A stretch of DNA of 64,000 nt, taken from assembly GCA_958432255.1 (NCBI GenBank), contig CAUATU010000002.1:21285-85284 (forward strand). Direction: 5' to 3'. The translations under genes were made by a program, and so were the position numbers. Below, piece after piece: positions 9,742 to 19,153 of this stretch. Under the pieces are notes generated by a model. The model did not search any database. It saw only the letters and a list, made by a program, of their open reading frames with translations, and had not been told where the DNA came from. Positions within the stretch are counted from its first letter, which is position 1, and the number at the start of each line of letters is the position of its first letter. The stretch comes from an uncultured Collinsella sp. (GTDB lineage Bacteria; Actinomycetota; Coriobacteriia; Coriobacteriales; Coriobacteriaceae).

Positions 9742-10506
9742 ATGCTGCTCCCCGATTCCAAGACCGAGCTCGTCCGCCGTGGCAACAAGGTCGTTTACGA
9801 CCTGGGCGACAAGATCGTCAAGGTCTTTAACGAGACCAAGCCCGTCTCCGACGTGTTCAACGAGGCTTTGAATCTTGCCCGCATCAATGAGTGCGGCATC
9901 CGCAGCCCCAAGGCTCTCGAGGTTTCCCAGCTCGAGAATGCCAACGGCTGGGCGCTTGTGACCGAGAAGGTTCCAGGCACCACCCTTGCCGAGAAGATGA
10001 CTGCCGAGCCCCAGCGCTTTGGTGAGTACCTTGAGATGTTCGTCGACCTCCAGATCGAGATCCACGGCTACACCTCCCCGCTGCTCAACCGTCAGCGCGA
10101 TAAGTTCGCCCGCATGATCGACAGCCTCGATCAGCTCAATGCCACCACGCGCTACAACCTTCAGGAGCGTCTGGACGGCATGACCAAGGAATTCAAGGTC
10201 TGCCACGGCGACTTCAACCCCTCCAACGTCATCGTCGGCGACGACGGCCAGCTCTATGTGTGCGACTGGGCACACGCCACTCAGGGCTCCCCTGCTGCCG
10301 ACGTTGCCACCACCTACCTGCTCTTCGCCCTCAACAGCAAGGATCAGGCTGAGGCCTACCTGGAGCTCTACTGCGACCGCGCCGACATGCCCATGCAGGT
10401 CGTGCGTCAGTGGACGAGCATCGTCGCCGCTTCCGAGCTCGCTCGTAAGCGCAACGTGAACGATGAGTTCCTGAAGAACTGGATCGACGTCGTCGATTAT
10501 CAGTAA
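9742..10506 (+). CDS. phosphotransferase enzyme family protein (APH/ChoK-like small kinase)
   Basis: 254 aa with the Brenner/APH motif CHGDFNPSNVIV...DWAHA, resembling small APH(3')-type kinases. The substrate is unknown. Confidence 0.65.
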   Translation: MLLPDSKTELVRRGNKVVYDLGDKIVKVFNETKPVSDVFNEALNLARINECGIRSPKALEVSQLENANGWALVTEKVPGTTLAEKMTAEPQRFGEYLEMFVDLQIEIHGYTSPLLNRQRDKFARMIDSLDQLNATTRYNLQERLDGMTKEFKVCHGDFNPSNVIVGDDGQLYVCDWAHATQGSPAADVATTYLLFALNSKDQAEAYLELYCDRADMPMQVVRQWTSIVAASELARKRNVNDEFLKNWIDVVDYQ

Positions 10507-10541
10507 TATCTGAGCGATTTATTTCGCATCGGAGGCACAAG

Positions 10542-10581
10542 AAAACCCCGCAGCTCATATGGGCTGTGGGGTTTTCCTTTT
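10542..10581 (+). terminator. intrinsic terminator of the APH-like gene
   Basis: CCCCGCAGC-ucauaug-GGCUGUGGGG hairpin followed by UUUUCCUUUU. Confidence 0.6.
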
Positions 10582-10600
10582 AGATATCAAGGATGCTACA

Positions 10601-10653
10601 AGATAAAAGGACGGCCCCGCATCTCCCCTATCTGGAGAAATGCGGGGCCGTCC
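10601..10653 (-). terminator. intrinsic terminator of proS (convergent with the previous terminator)
   Basis: Perfect 14-bp stem GGACGGCCCCGCAU/AUGCGGGGCCGUCC. On the minus strand it is followed by UUUUAUCUUGU. Confidence 0.7.
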
Positions 10654-10683
10654 CGTATATCGAACTACAAGCGAAATCGTCGA

Positions 10684-12405
10684 TTAGCGACGGGCAGCCT
10701 TCACAAGCTCGGCAACCTTAGCAACGACCTCGTCGATCGCCACGTCCTCACGCTCGCCGGTAGCACGGTCCTTGAGCTCAACGGTACCGTTCTTAAGGCC
10801 GCGCTTGCCCAGAACCACCTGATACGGGAAGCCCATAAGGTCGTTGTCGGCAAACTTAAAGCCGGGACGCTCGTCGCGGTCGTCGACGACGACCTCGATA
10901 CCCTCGGCGCACAGGCCCTCGACGATTTGGTCGCAAACGGTAGCGCACTCCTCCTTCTTGGGATCGAGCGGAATCACCGCGACCTCGTACGGGGCAACGG
11001 AGACCGGCCAGACGATACCGTGCTCGTCATTGTGCTGCTCCACGACGGCAGCGAGCGAGCGGGACACACCCACGCCGTAGCAACCCATGATAAGCGGCTT
11101 CTCCTTGCCGTCCTCGTCCATAAAGGTGGCGCCCATGGCCTCGGAATACTTGGTACCCAGCTGGAAGACCTGCGAGACCTCGATGCCGCGAGCAGCAGAG
11201 AGCGGCTTGCCGCAGTGCGGGCAGGGATCGCCGGCGACGACGGTTACCAGGTCGGCCCACTCGTCGACGGTAAAGTCGCGCTCGGGGCAGGCACCGGTAT
11301 AGTGATAGTCGACCTCGTTGGCACCGCAGGCCCACTGCTTGGACTCGCGCAGGCTTTCGTCGCACACCAGGCGAATGCCCTCGGGAAGGTTAACCGGTCC
11401 GATAAAGCCCTTATGCAGACCGTAGGTCTGGAGCTCCTCATCGGTCATCATGCGATAACCCTTGCCAAAGACATGCTCGGCCTTGCAGTCATTGAGCTCA
11501 TGATCGCCCGGAACAATGGCCACGACTGGCTTGCCCTCGGCATCGATGAGAGCCAAGGACTTGCGCGTGCCGTTCTCGGGGAAGCCGAAGAACTTTGCAA
11601 CGGCCTCGATGGTGCCCATGCCCGGAGTCTCGACCTTGGTGAGCGTACCGTCGCCAGGACCCTCGGTCACGACAACCTTGGTGCTTGCCGCCTCGTCATC
11701 GGCAGCAAAGCCGCAATCGTCGCAGTAGACCAGCGAAGCCTCGCCGGCGTCGGCCAAAGCCATGTACTCGACGGAGGTATCGCCACCGATCTCACCGGAG
11801 TCGGCGACAACGGGCAGGGCCTTGATGTAGCAGCGCTCGCAGATGTTAGCGTAGGCCTGCTTCATCTTGTCGTACTCCTCCTGCAGGCTCTCCTGCGTGG
11901 CGGAGAAGCTGTAGGCGTCCTTCATGATGAACTCGCGACCGCGCATCAGGCCAAAGCGGGGGCGGAACTCGTCGCGGAACTTGTCCTGAATGTGGTACAG
12001 GTTGACGGGCAGCTGCTTATAGGAGCGCAGCTCGTTGCGCACCAGGGCCGTGACGGTCTCCTCGTGCGTGGGGCCCAGGACGAACTCGCGACCATGACGG
12101 TCGTCAAAGCGCACAAGCTCCTTGCCATAGGCGTCGATGCGGCCGGACTCACGCCACAGCTCGGCATCGACCATAATGGGCATCATGAGCTCCTGGGCGC
12201 CGGCGGCGTCCATCTCGTCGCGCACGATGTTCTCGATCTTGCGGATCGAGCGCCAAGCAAGCGGCAGGTAGGAATACAGACCGGCGGCCTCCTTGCGGAT
12301 CATGCCGGCGCGAAGCAGCAGGCGATGGCTCGCAAGCTCGGCGTCGGCCGGATCCTCTTTGAGCGTCGGCGCATAGAGCTTAGACATATACATTGCTCGG
12401 GTCAT
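10684..12405 (-). CDS. proS: proline--tRNA ligase
   Basis: 573 aa class II aaRS with an editing domain. The start abuts the ispG stop, with GAGGAG 6 nt upstream. Confidence 0.93.
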   Translation of the reverse strand: MTRAMYMSKLYAPTLKEDPADAELASHRLLLRAGMIRKEAAGLYSYLPLAWRSIRKIENIVRDEMDAAGAQELMMPIMVDAELWRESGRIDAYGKELVRFDDRHGREFVLGPTHEETVTALVRNELRSYKQLPVNLYHIQDKFRDEFRPRFGLMRGREFIMKDAYSFSATQESLQEEYDKMKQAYANICERCYIKALPVVADSGEIGGDTSVEYMALADAGEASLVYCDDCGFAADDEAASTKVVVTEGPGDGTLTKVETPGMGTIEAVAKFFGFPENGTRKSLALIDAEGKPVVAIVPGDHELNDCKAEHVFGKGYRMMTDEELQTYGLHKGFIGPVNLPEGIRLVCDESLRESKQWACGANEVDYHYTGACPERDFTVDEWADLVTVVAGDPCPHCGKPLSAARGIEVSQVFQLGTKYSEAMGATFMDEDGKEKPLIMGCYGVGVSRSLAAVVEQHNDEHGIVWPVSVAPYEVAVIPLDPKKEECATVCDQIVEGLCAEGIEVVVDDRDERPGFKFADNDLMGFPYQVVLGKRGLKNGTVELKDRATGEREDVAIDEVVAKVAELVKAARR

Positions 12406-13488
12406 TTATTTCTCCTCAATAAGCTTGTCGACCTCGGCCATAAGCGCGTCGACAATTTGGTCCTCAGCTACTTTACCAATGATCTGGCCATGCGAAAAGA
12501 GCAAGGCCTGACCACGTCCGCAAGCAACGCCCAGGTCGGCATCAGAAGCCTCACCGGGGCCATTAACGGCACATCCCATGACGGCAATCGAAAGCGGCGC
12601 GGAGTAGTTCTTAAGCCGCTCGGTGACCTCCTCGGCGATGGGAATCAGGTTAACCTGGCAGCGGGCGCACGTGGGACACGAGACAATCTCGGGACCACGG
12701 CGACGCAGGCCCAGTGACTGCAAAATTCCCCAGGCGACCGGCGGCTCCTCAACCGGATCAGCTGTGAGCGAAACACGCATGGTGTCGCCAATGCCTTCGG
12801 AAAGCAAGATACCCAAGCCTACAGAGCTCTTGATCGTGCCCTGGAGCTTGGTCCCCGCCTCCGTCACGCCCAGGTGAAGCGGAACATGAGGAATCTCGCG
12901 CGACAGGGCTCGATAGGTATCAAGCGTCGTCTGTACACTATGGGCCTTGGCCGAAAGCACAATGTTCGTAAATCCGCGGTCCTCAAAGTGCCTAACGAAG
13001 CGCTCACTCGACATCACGAGCTTTTCGGGCTGCGTGAGGTCGTCGCGCTCGGCGATATCCTGCTCAAGCGAGCCCGCGTTCACGCCAATGCGAATCGCAC
13101 AGCCCGCAGCGCCGGCGGCGTCGATGACGGCATCGACCTTAGCCCAATCGCCGATATTGCCGGGATTGATGCGAAGCTTGGCGGCACCAGCCTCGACGGC
13201 GCCGATGGCGAGCTTATGGTTAAAGTGAATATCGGCGACGATCGGCACCGGAGACTCGGCACAAATCGTGCGAAAGCCCTCGAGCGCAGCCTCGGTAGGC
13301 ACGCTCACGCGCACAACATCGCAACCCGCCTGGGCAAGCGCACACACTTGCGCAAGCGTCGCCTGGGCATCGGCGGTATCGGTGCAGGTCATGGACTGAA
13401 CCACCACCGGCGCGCCGCCGCCGATCTGCACGCCGCCCACATGCACGGGGCGCGTCAGCTCGCGCGGCAAAGAATGGGATAAAGACAA
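12406..13488 (-). CDS. ispG: 4-hydroxy-3-methylbut-2-enyl diphosphate synthase (flavodoxin)
   Basis: GcpE family with the C-terminal Cys motifs CPTCARC and GCAVNGPGE. The track ORF over-extends 74 nt into rseP. Start set at the TTG (LSLSHSLPRELTRPVHVGG...), which has GGGAG 9 nt upstream. The exact start is uncertain. Confidence 0.8.
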   Translation of the reverse strand: MSLSHSLPRELTRPVHVGGVQIGGGAPVVVQSMTCTDTADAQATLAQVCALAQAGCDVVRVSVPTEAALEGFRTICAESPVPIVADIHFNHKLAIGAVEAGAAKLRINPGNIGDWAKVDAVIDAAGAAGCAIRIGVNAGSLEQDIAERDDLTQPEKLVMSSERFVRHFEDRGFTNIVLSAKAHSVQTTLDTYRALSREIPHVPLHLGVTEAGTKLQGTIKSSVGLGILLSEGIGDTMRVSLTADPVEEPPVAWGILQSLGLRRRGPEIVSCPTCARCQVNLIPIAEEVTERLKNYSAPLSIAVMGCAVNGPGEASDADLGVACGRGQALLFSHGQIIGKVAEDQIVDALMAEVDKLIEEK

Positions 13489-13501
13489 TCCAAACACTCC
13501 C

Positions 13502-14878
13502 CTACAGAATAAATCGAAGGATGTCGGAACGAAGCATATAGACAAACAGCAGTGCGAAGAGCGCGATGCCCACATAGCTCACAATCGTCTGAACCTTGAG
13601 AGGTAGCTTGCGACCCGCAATCTTTTGAATGATCTCGATGACCAGCTTGCCGCCGTCGAGCGGGGGGATGGGTAGCAAGTTCATAAAACCCAGCGAGAAG
13701 GAGATGAGCGCGGCAAACGACAGGAACGTTACGGGGCCGGCAGCAGCCGCCTGAGAGGACATGACGCTGATGCCCACGATCGAGGAGGACTGGTCGAGAA
13801 TCTCCATCGTATGCTGCGGCTGGAGTAGGCGTAGCACGCCCTCCGCCGTCTGCGCGACATAGGAGAAGGACAGGCGAGCCGACGTGATGGGGTCTAAACG
13901 GACTACCTCCGTAGAAGCATACACACCTAACCGCTCGTCCTCTTTGAGCGCAACCGAGGTCGAATGCTGCTTGCCGTCGCGCTCATACTCGATGGCGATA
14001 TCGTCCTTACCGGCGGCCTTGCCAATAGCATCGTAGACGTCCATCCAAGTGGAACATGAGACACCGTCAACCGAAAGGATCGCATCACCGGCCTCGATAC
14101 CCGCCTTGGCGGCAATAGACCCCTCGTCAACCTGACCGATCACGTTGGTATCCATCGGCACGGTGACACCCGCAATGGAATAGATACTCATAAGGAGCAA
14201 AAAGCCCGTCAAGATATTGACAATAATGCCCGCGAGCAGCATAAAGGCGCGCTTGAGAAAGCCCTGGCCAAGATAGGTGTGCGAACGTTCTTGCGCAAGG
14301 AACTCGGCCTCACCGCACGGCAGCTCCCATGCATCGCCCTCGGCAGTCGCACGCTCTCGATCAAAACGGCGGCCGTCAAAGGTGGTGTAGCCCGCCGCGT
14401 CTCGCGGCAGCGTCTGATACTTGGTGGGATAGTAGCTCGGCGAGGGCTTCTCCCCTTCCTCATACCAGGGCGCGATGGAGCCCCAGCCCAGCAACAGAGC
14501 ACATGCCTCGAGCACATCCTCCTCGGACAGCTCGAGCTCGGCGGCAAGGTCGGCGACAGTCACGCGACCATGACGATAGATAGCCGCGAGCACGCGATCG
14601 GCGCACGAGACGTCGGTCGGATCCATACCGCAGATGGCAGCGTAGCCACCCAGCAGCAGCGGGGTCACACCAAACTTGGTTCCAATGCGACGCGACGTGT
14701 AATGGATGTCAAAGCGACACGGCAGACCCAAAAAGAACTCGGTCACACGAACGCCGCAGGCACGCGCCGCCAAAAAGTGGCCGCCCTCGTGCAAAAACAC
14801 GAGGACGGAAAGCATCAGCAGGCCCCAAAAGACCGATGATAGAACGCTCAGAACAGTATCCATAAAACGAAAAAGCAA
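13502..14878 (-). CDS. rseP: RIP metalloprotease RseP (site-2 protease, PDZ domain)
   Basis: HEGGH and LDGG motifs, a PDZ domain, and several transmembrane segments. The track start is a TTG with poor SD spacing. An alternative ATG lies at 14863 (MDTVLSV). Confidence 0.85.
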   Translation of the reverse strand: MLFRFMDTVLSVLSSVFWGLLMLSVLVFLHEGGHFLAARACGVRVTEFFLGLPCRFDIHYTSRRIGTKFGVTPLLLGGYAAICGMDPTDVSCADRVLAAIYRHGRVTVADLAAELELSEEDVLEACALLLGWGSIAPWYEEGEKPSPSYYPTKYQTLPRDAAGYTTFDGRRFDRERATAEGDAWELPCGEAEFLAQERSHTYLGQGFLKRAFMLLAGIIVNILTGFLLLMSIYSIAGVTVPMDTNVIGQVDEGSIAAKAGIEAGDAILSVDGVSCSTWMDVYDAIGKAAGKDDIAIEYERDGKQHSTSVALKEDERLGVYASTEVVRLDPITSARLSFSYVAQTAEGVLRLLQPQHTMEILDQSSSIVGISVMSSQAAAAGPVTFLSFAALISFSLGFMNLLPIPPLDGGKLVIEIIQKIAGRKLPLKVQTIVSYVGIALFALLFVYMLRSDILRFIL

Positions 14879-14888
14879 TCCTTATGGG

Positions 14889-16076
14889 TTAGGAACGGGT
14901 TGCGGCAAGCACCTGCACAGCCTTTTCACGCGCCCACGCATCGATGTCGCGAAGCTGCTCAAACGAATCGACCGCCTGCATATCGTGGGCATCCATGCAG
15001 GATTCCACAATGCGATCGATATCGGTAAAGCTGCAGTCATCGTGCAAGAAGGCATCGACGGCGACCTCATTGGCGGCATTGAGGACGCACGGCATGGTAC
15101 CACCCGTCTTGCCGGCACGCTCGGCCAGTGCCAAGCAGCGAAAGGTATCCATGTCGGCAGCATCAAACGTGAGCTGCCCCAGCTCGCGGAAATCGATACG
15201 AGGCGCCGGGGTATCCCAACGCTCGGGATACGAGAACGCGAACTGGATGGGAATACGCATGTCGGAAGCACCGAGATGCGCCATCACGGAGCCGTCGGCA
15301 AACTCAACCATAGAGTGAATCTTGGACTGACGCTGCACGACCACGTTAATGAAATCGAGGTCGCAGTTAAACAGATGCATGGCCTCAATGCGCTCCAGGC
15401 CCTTATTCATGAGGGTGGCGGAGTCGATGGTGATCTTGGCGCCCATGGCCCACGTGGGATGTGCGAGGGCATCGGCACGCGTCACGCGATTGAGCTCGTC
15501 GCGCGTGCGGCCAAAGAACGGACCGCCCGAGCAGGTGAGCCAAATGCAATGAGCCTCGCGCGGGTTCTCCCCCAGATAGCACTGGTAGATGGCGGAGTGC
15601 TCAGAGTCGACTGGAATAAGCTGGCCCGGTTGCGCCAACGGCATAAGCAAGTCGCCACCGACGACGAGGGACTCCTTGTTGGCAAGGGCAAGGCGCTTAT
15701 TCGAGGTCAAGGCCGCATGGCTCGCCTCGAGACCGGCGGCACCCACAATAGCGACGAGTACGCAGTCGACATCGTCGCGACGCGCGAGCTCGCAAACCGC
15801 CTGCGCGCCAACGCCGAGCTTCGTTCCCTCGGGCAACTCCTGCAGCACGGCGTCATCGCCATGAGCGACATCGGCCACGGCAACCGCCGGAACCGAGAAC
15901 TCGCGAGCAGCGGCGACGAGCTCGGAGGTACTGGAGTTAACGGACAGCGCCGTCACCTGCAGGCGATCGGCATGCTGACGGCACACATCGAGTGCCTGCG
16001 TGCCTATAGAGCCCGTACAACCCAGGATGGCAACACGGAGACGTCCATCGGAGCCATACGTCGTCTGGAAGGACAT
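14889..16076 (-). CDS. dxr: 1-deoxy-D-xylulose 5-phosphate reductoisomerase
   Basis: 395 aa with LGCTGSIG and NKGLE motifs. TAATG overlap with cdsA, and GGAGG 10 nt upstream. Confidence 0.93.
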   Translation of the reverse strand: MSFQTTYGSDGRLRVAILGCTGSIGTQALDVCRQHADRLQVTALSVNSSTSELVAAAREFSVPAVAVADVAHGDDAVLQELPEGTKLGVGAQAVCELARRDDVDCVLVAIVGAAGLEASHAALTSNKRLALANKESLVVGGDLLMPLAQPGQLIPVDSEHSAIYQCYLGENPREAHCIWLTCSGGPFFGRTRDELNRVTRADALAHPTWAMGAKITIDSATLMNKGLERIEAMHLFNCDLDFINVVVQRQSKIHSMVEFADGSVMAHLGASDMRIPIQFAFSYPERWDTPAPRIDFRELGQLTFDAADMDTFRCLALAERAGKTGGTMPCVLNAANEVAVDAFLHDDCSFTDIDRIVESCMDAHDMQAVDSFEQLRDIDAWAREKAVQVLAATRS

Positions 16077-16975
16077 TACAGCACGCCTCCGATCATCAGC
16101 ATCAGCTGCGCGGTGATGCAGCCGAAGATAAGCGAATCGCTACGATCGAGCATGCCGCCGTGGCCCGGGATAAGGTTGCCGGAATCCTTGACGCCCACAC
16201 CGCGCTTGATGCGCGACTCGATAAGGTCGCCGATAACGCCCAGAATGGACACGACCACGCCGCACAGCAGCGCATAGGGCAGGCTGAGCTTGTAGAAATG
16301 CGTCGCCCACAGGATGAGCCAAATCAAAACCGAGCCCAGGATGCCGCCGGCAAACCCCTCCCAGCTCTTTTTGGGAGAGATCTTAGGAACCATCTTGTGC
16401 TTGCCGATACGGCTACCCACGATGTAGGCAAACGAGTCGGAGACCCAAAGTGACGCGCAAACGCCCACCGAAAGCAGGGCGCCGGCAAAACCGGGCACGG
16501 CATCGCGCAGCAGCACGATAGCCGACAGCATAAAGCCAGTGTAGATGGGACCCATGAGCGTCACGGCCACATCAGAGATGCGGGTACGCGGCGACCAGAC
16601 ATACCAAATGCCCACAGCGAGCATCAGGGCAAAAAGCAGGGCATTCAGCAACATCGAATCGCCCAACGCCGACAGCGGAAAGAGTACGGCGGCAGCGATA
16701 CCCATGCGCTCGTTAGCCATCTTGCCATCGAGCCTTGTCATACGGAAAAACTCATAGCAGCACAGACCGCTCATGACAGAAACAAAGATGGCCGTGGGCA
16801 CGATACCCAAAACCAGGCACAGGATAAAGACAACGGCGTAGACGATACCGGCGGCGGCACGGGTAATAAAGCCCGCAAGCCACGAACCGGTGCCATTCTT
16901 CGCTGCAGGCGCTCCCGCAGCGACAGCCTTGCGCTCAGATGTCTTGGGAGCAGTTGCCTTGGGACGATCGGACAC
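16076..16975 (-). CDS. cdsA: phosphatidate cytidylyltransferase
   Basis: Integral membrane CTP-transferase family with the C-terminal GHGG..DR motif. GTG start with GAGGAGG 7 nt upstream. Confidence 0.88.
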   Translation of the reverse strand: MSDRPKATAPKTSERKAVAAGAPAAKNGTGSWLAGFITRAAAGIVYAVVFILCLVLGIVPTAIFVSVMSGLCCYEFFRMTRLDGKMANERMGIAAAVLFPLSALGDSMLLNALLFALMLAVGIWYVWSPRTRISDVAVTLMGPIYTGFMLSAIVLLRDAVPGFAGALLSVGVCASLWVSDSFAYIVGSRIGKHKMVPKISPKKSWEGFAGGILGSVLIWLILWATHFYKLSLPYALLCGVVVSILGVIGDLIESRIKRGVGVKDSGNLIPGHGGMLDRSDSLIFGCITAQLMLMIGGVL

Positions 16976-16977
16976 GA

Positions 16978-17772
16978 TTAAGCCTCCTCGGTCTTGCTCA
17001 GACCACCAAACCTACGGTCACGGCCCTGATAGGCCAAAATGGCGTCGACAAGGCCCCAACGATCAAAGTCGGGCCAATAGGTATCGGTGACGTAGAATTC
17101 GGAATAAGCCACCTGCCACAGCAGATAGTTCGAAAGGCGCAGCTCACCAGAGGTGCGAATCACAAGCTCAGGATCGGGAAGGCCGGCGGTATAGAGGTGG
17201 GAAGCCACCATTTCGTCATCAATTGCGGCAGGATCGATCTTACCGGCGGCAGCGTCGAGTGCGATCTGACGGACAGCGCGGGTAATCTCGGCACGCGCGC
17301 CGTAGTTGACGGCAAGCGCCAGCGTCATGCCGGTGTGATTGGCGCACTCGGCAAGACCGCGTTCAAAAACGTCGCGGGTCTTCTTGGGCAGCGCGGAAAT
17401 GTCACCCAAAAAGACAACGCGCACGTTTTCGCGCTTCAGAAGCGGCAGCTCGTCGATAAACGTCTTGGCAAACAGGTGCATCAAGACGTTGACCTCATGC
17501 TGCGGGCGGTTCCAGTTTTCGGTAGAAAACGCATAGGCAGAAAGCACGTCGACGCCCAGACGCACGCAAGCGGTAATAATCTCGCGAAGGGAGACGATAC
17601 CCGCCTTGTGGCCCTCGGTGCGTGCAAGACCGCGCGATGTGGCCCAACGACCGTTGCCGTCCATAATGCACGAGATATGGTGCGGAATGTTATTGAGGTC
17701 AAGGTCGGAAAAACCGACGCCCGCAGGGGCGTCGGCAAAGTACTCGACCAGTTTATGCTCGTCGTATTGCAC
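16978..17772 (-). CDS. uppS: isoprenyl transferase (undecaprenyl diphosphate synthase)
   Basis: Motifs IMDGNGRWA and RTSGE.RLSN. GTG start 1 nt after the frr stop. Confidence 0.9.
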   Translation of the reverse strand: MQYDEHKLVEYFADAPAGVGFSDLDLNNIPHHISCIMDGNGRWATSRGLARTEGHKAGIVSLREIITACVRLGVDVLSAYAFSTENWNRPQHEVNVLMHLFAKTFIDELPLLKRENVRVVFLGDISALPKKTRDVFERGLAECANHTGMTLALAVNYGARAEITRAVRQIALDAAAGKIDPAAIDDEMVASHLYTAGLPDPELVIRTSGELRLSNYLLWQVAYSEFYVTDTYWPDFDRWGLVDAILAYQGRDRRFGGLSKTEEA

Positions 17773-17773
17773 C

Positions 17774-18310
17774 TTAGATCTCCATGACCTCGGCTTCTTT
17801 TTCCTTCAGAAGCTCCTCGACCTTGGCGACATACTCATCGGTATGCTTCTGGACCTTGGCCTGCTCGCGACGGACATCGTCCTCGGTGAGCTCCTCATCG
17901 CGCTCGAGCTTGTTGTTGAAGTCGCGACGGATGTTACGGATAGACACCTTGGCCTGCTCGGCGTACTCGCGGCACTCCTTGACGAGTTCGCGACGGCGTT
18001 CCTCGGTGGGAGCCGGGAACGGCAGACGAACGACGGTGCCATCGGAGTTGGGGGTAATACCCAGATCGGAAGCGCCGATGGCCTTGACGATAGCGTTGAT
18101 GAGTGCCTTGTCCCACGGCTCGATGAGCAGCATGTGGGCCTCGGGGGTCTTGACGGCGGCAACCTGCGTGACCGGCGTGGGAACACCGTAATAATCGACG
18201 GTGATGTCGGACAGAATGTTGGCATTGGCGCGGCCGGTACGGACCTTGGAGAAGTTATGCTTGAGGGACTCGAGCGACTTGTCCATGTGGGCGGTGATGT
18301 TCTCTGCCAT
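17774..18310 (-). CDS. frr: ribosome recycling factor
   Basis: 178 aa RRF family protein. AGGAGG lies 7 nt upstream of the ATG. Confidence 0.92.
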   Translation of the reverse strand: MAENITAHMDKSLESLKHNFSKVRTGRANANILSDITVDYYGVPTPVTQVAAVKTPEAHMLLIEPWDKALINAIVKAIGASDLGITPNSDGTVVRLPFPAPTEERRRELVKECREYAEQAKVSIRNIRRDFNNKLERDEELTEDDVRREQAKVQKHTDEYVAKVEELLKEKEAEVMEI

Positions 18311-18312
18311 GC

Positions 18313-19035
18313 TTAATCCTCCTGATAGACGAGCGTGCCGACGGGCTCACCCGAAAGCGCGCGCTTGACGGTGTCCTCGCCATCGATGTTGAGGACCAAA
18401 ATCGGCATACGGTTGTCCTGGCACAGTGCCGTAGCCGTGGAATCCATAACCTGCAGGCCGCGGACGAGAACCTCGTGATAGGTAATCTTGTCAAAACGGA
18501 CGGCATCAGCGCACTTGACGGGATCCTTGTCGTAGATGCCGTCAACCTTGGTGGCTTTAATCAGAATCTCGGCGCCGATCTCGCACGCACGAAGAGCCGC
18601 GGCGGTGTCGGTCGTAAAGTACGGATTGCCCGAACCGGCGGCAAAAATAACGACGTTGCCCTTGGAAAGGTGGTTGATGGCGCGACGGCGAATATAAGGC
18701 TCGCAGATCTCGTTCATCTGAATAGCGCTCATCACGCGGCAGGGAACATCGTTATGCTCGAAGGCATCCTGCAGGGCGAGTGCGTTCATAACGGTTGCCA
18801 GCATGCCCATGTAGTCGGCCTGAGCACGCTCCATGCCACCGGCAGCGCCGGCCATGCCGCGGAAAATATTGCCGCCGCCGACAACGACGCCGACCTCATG
18901 GCCAACGGCGAGCAGCTCCTTGACCTGCTTGGCAAGATGGTCGGTAACCTTGGGGTCGATGCCATATTGGCCGTCGCCCATCAGTGCTTCGCCGGAAAGC
19001 TTCAAAAGCACGCGTTTATATCGGATGTCGGACAA
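18313..19035 (-). CDS. pyrH: UMP kinase
   Basis: Amino-acid kinase fold ([17 protein letters not shown]). TTG start with AAAGGAGGA 5 nt upstream. Confidence 0.92.
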   Translation of the reverse strand: MSDIRYKRVLLKLSGEALMGDGQYGIDPKVTDHLAKQVKELLAVGHEVGVVVGGGNIFRGMAGAAGGMERAQADYMGMLATVMNALALQDAFEHNDVPCRVMSAIQMNEICEPYIRRRAINHLSKGNVVIFAAGSGNPYFTTDTAAALRACEIGAEILIKATKVDGIYDKDPVKCADAVRFDKITYHEVLVRGLQVMDSTATALCQDNRMPILVLNIDGEDTVKRALSGEPVGTLVYQED

Positions 19036-19093
19036 AGCGATCCTCCTTTAGATTGAACTCTCAACATTCTATCAAAGGCTCTAAGAAGAGCCA

Positions 19094-19131
19094 TGAAAAA
19101 GCAGGCTGTGAGTAAAACCCACAGCCTGCTC
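19094..19131 (-). terminator. intrinsic terminator of tsf
   Basis: Perfect 11-bp stem AGCAGGCUGUG/CACAGCCUGCU. On the minus strand it is followed by UUUUUC. Confidence 0.7.
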
Positions 19132-19153
19132 ATTACCAGCTACAAGAGCTTAT

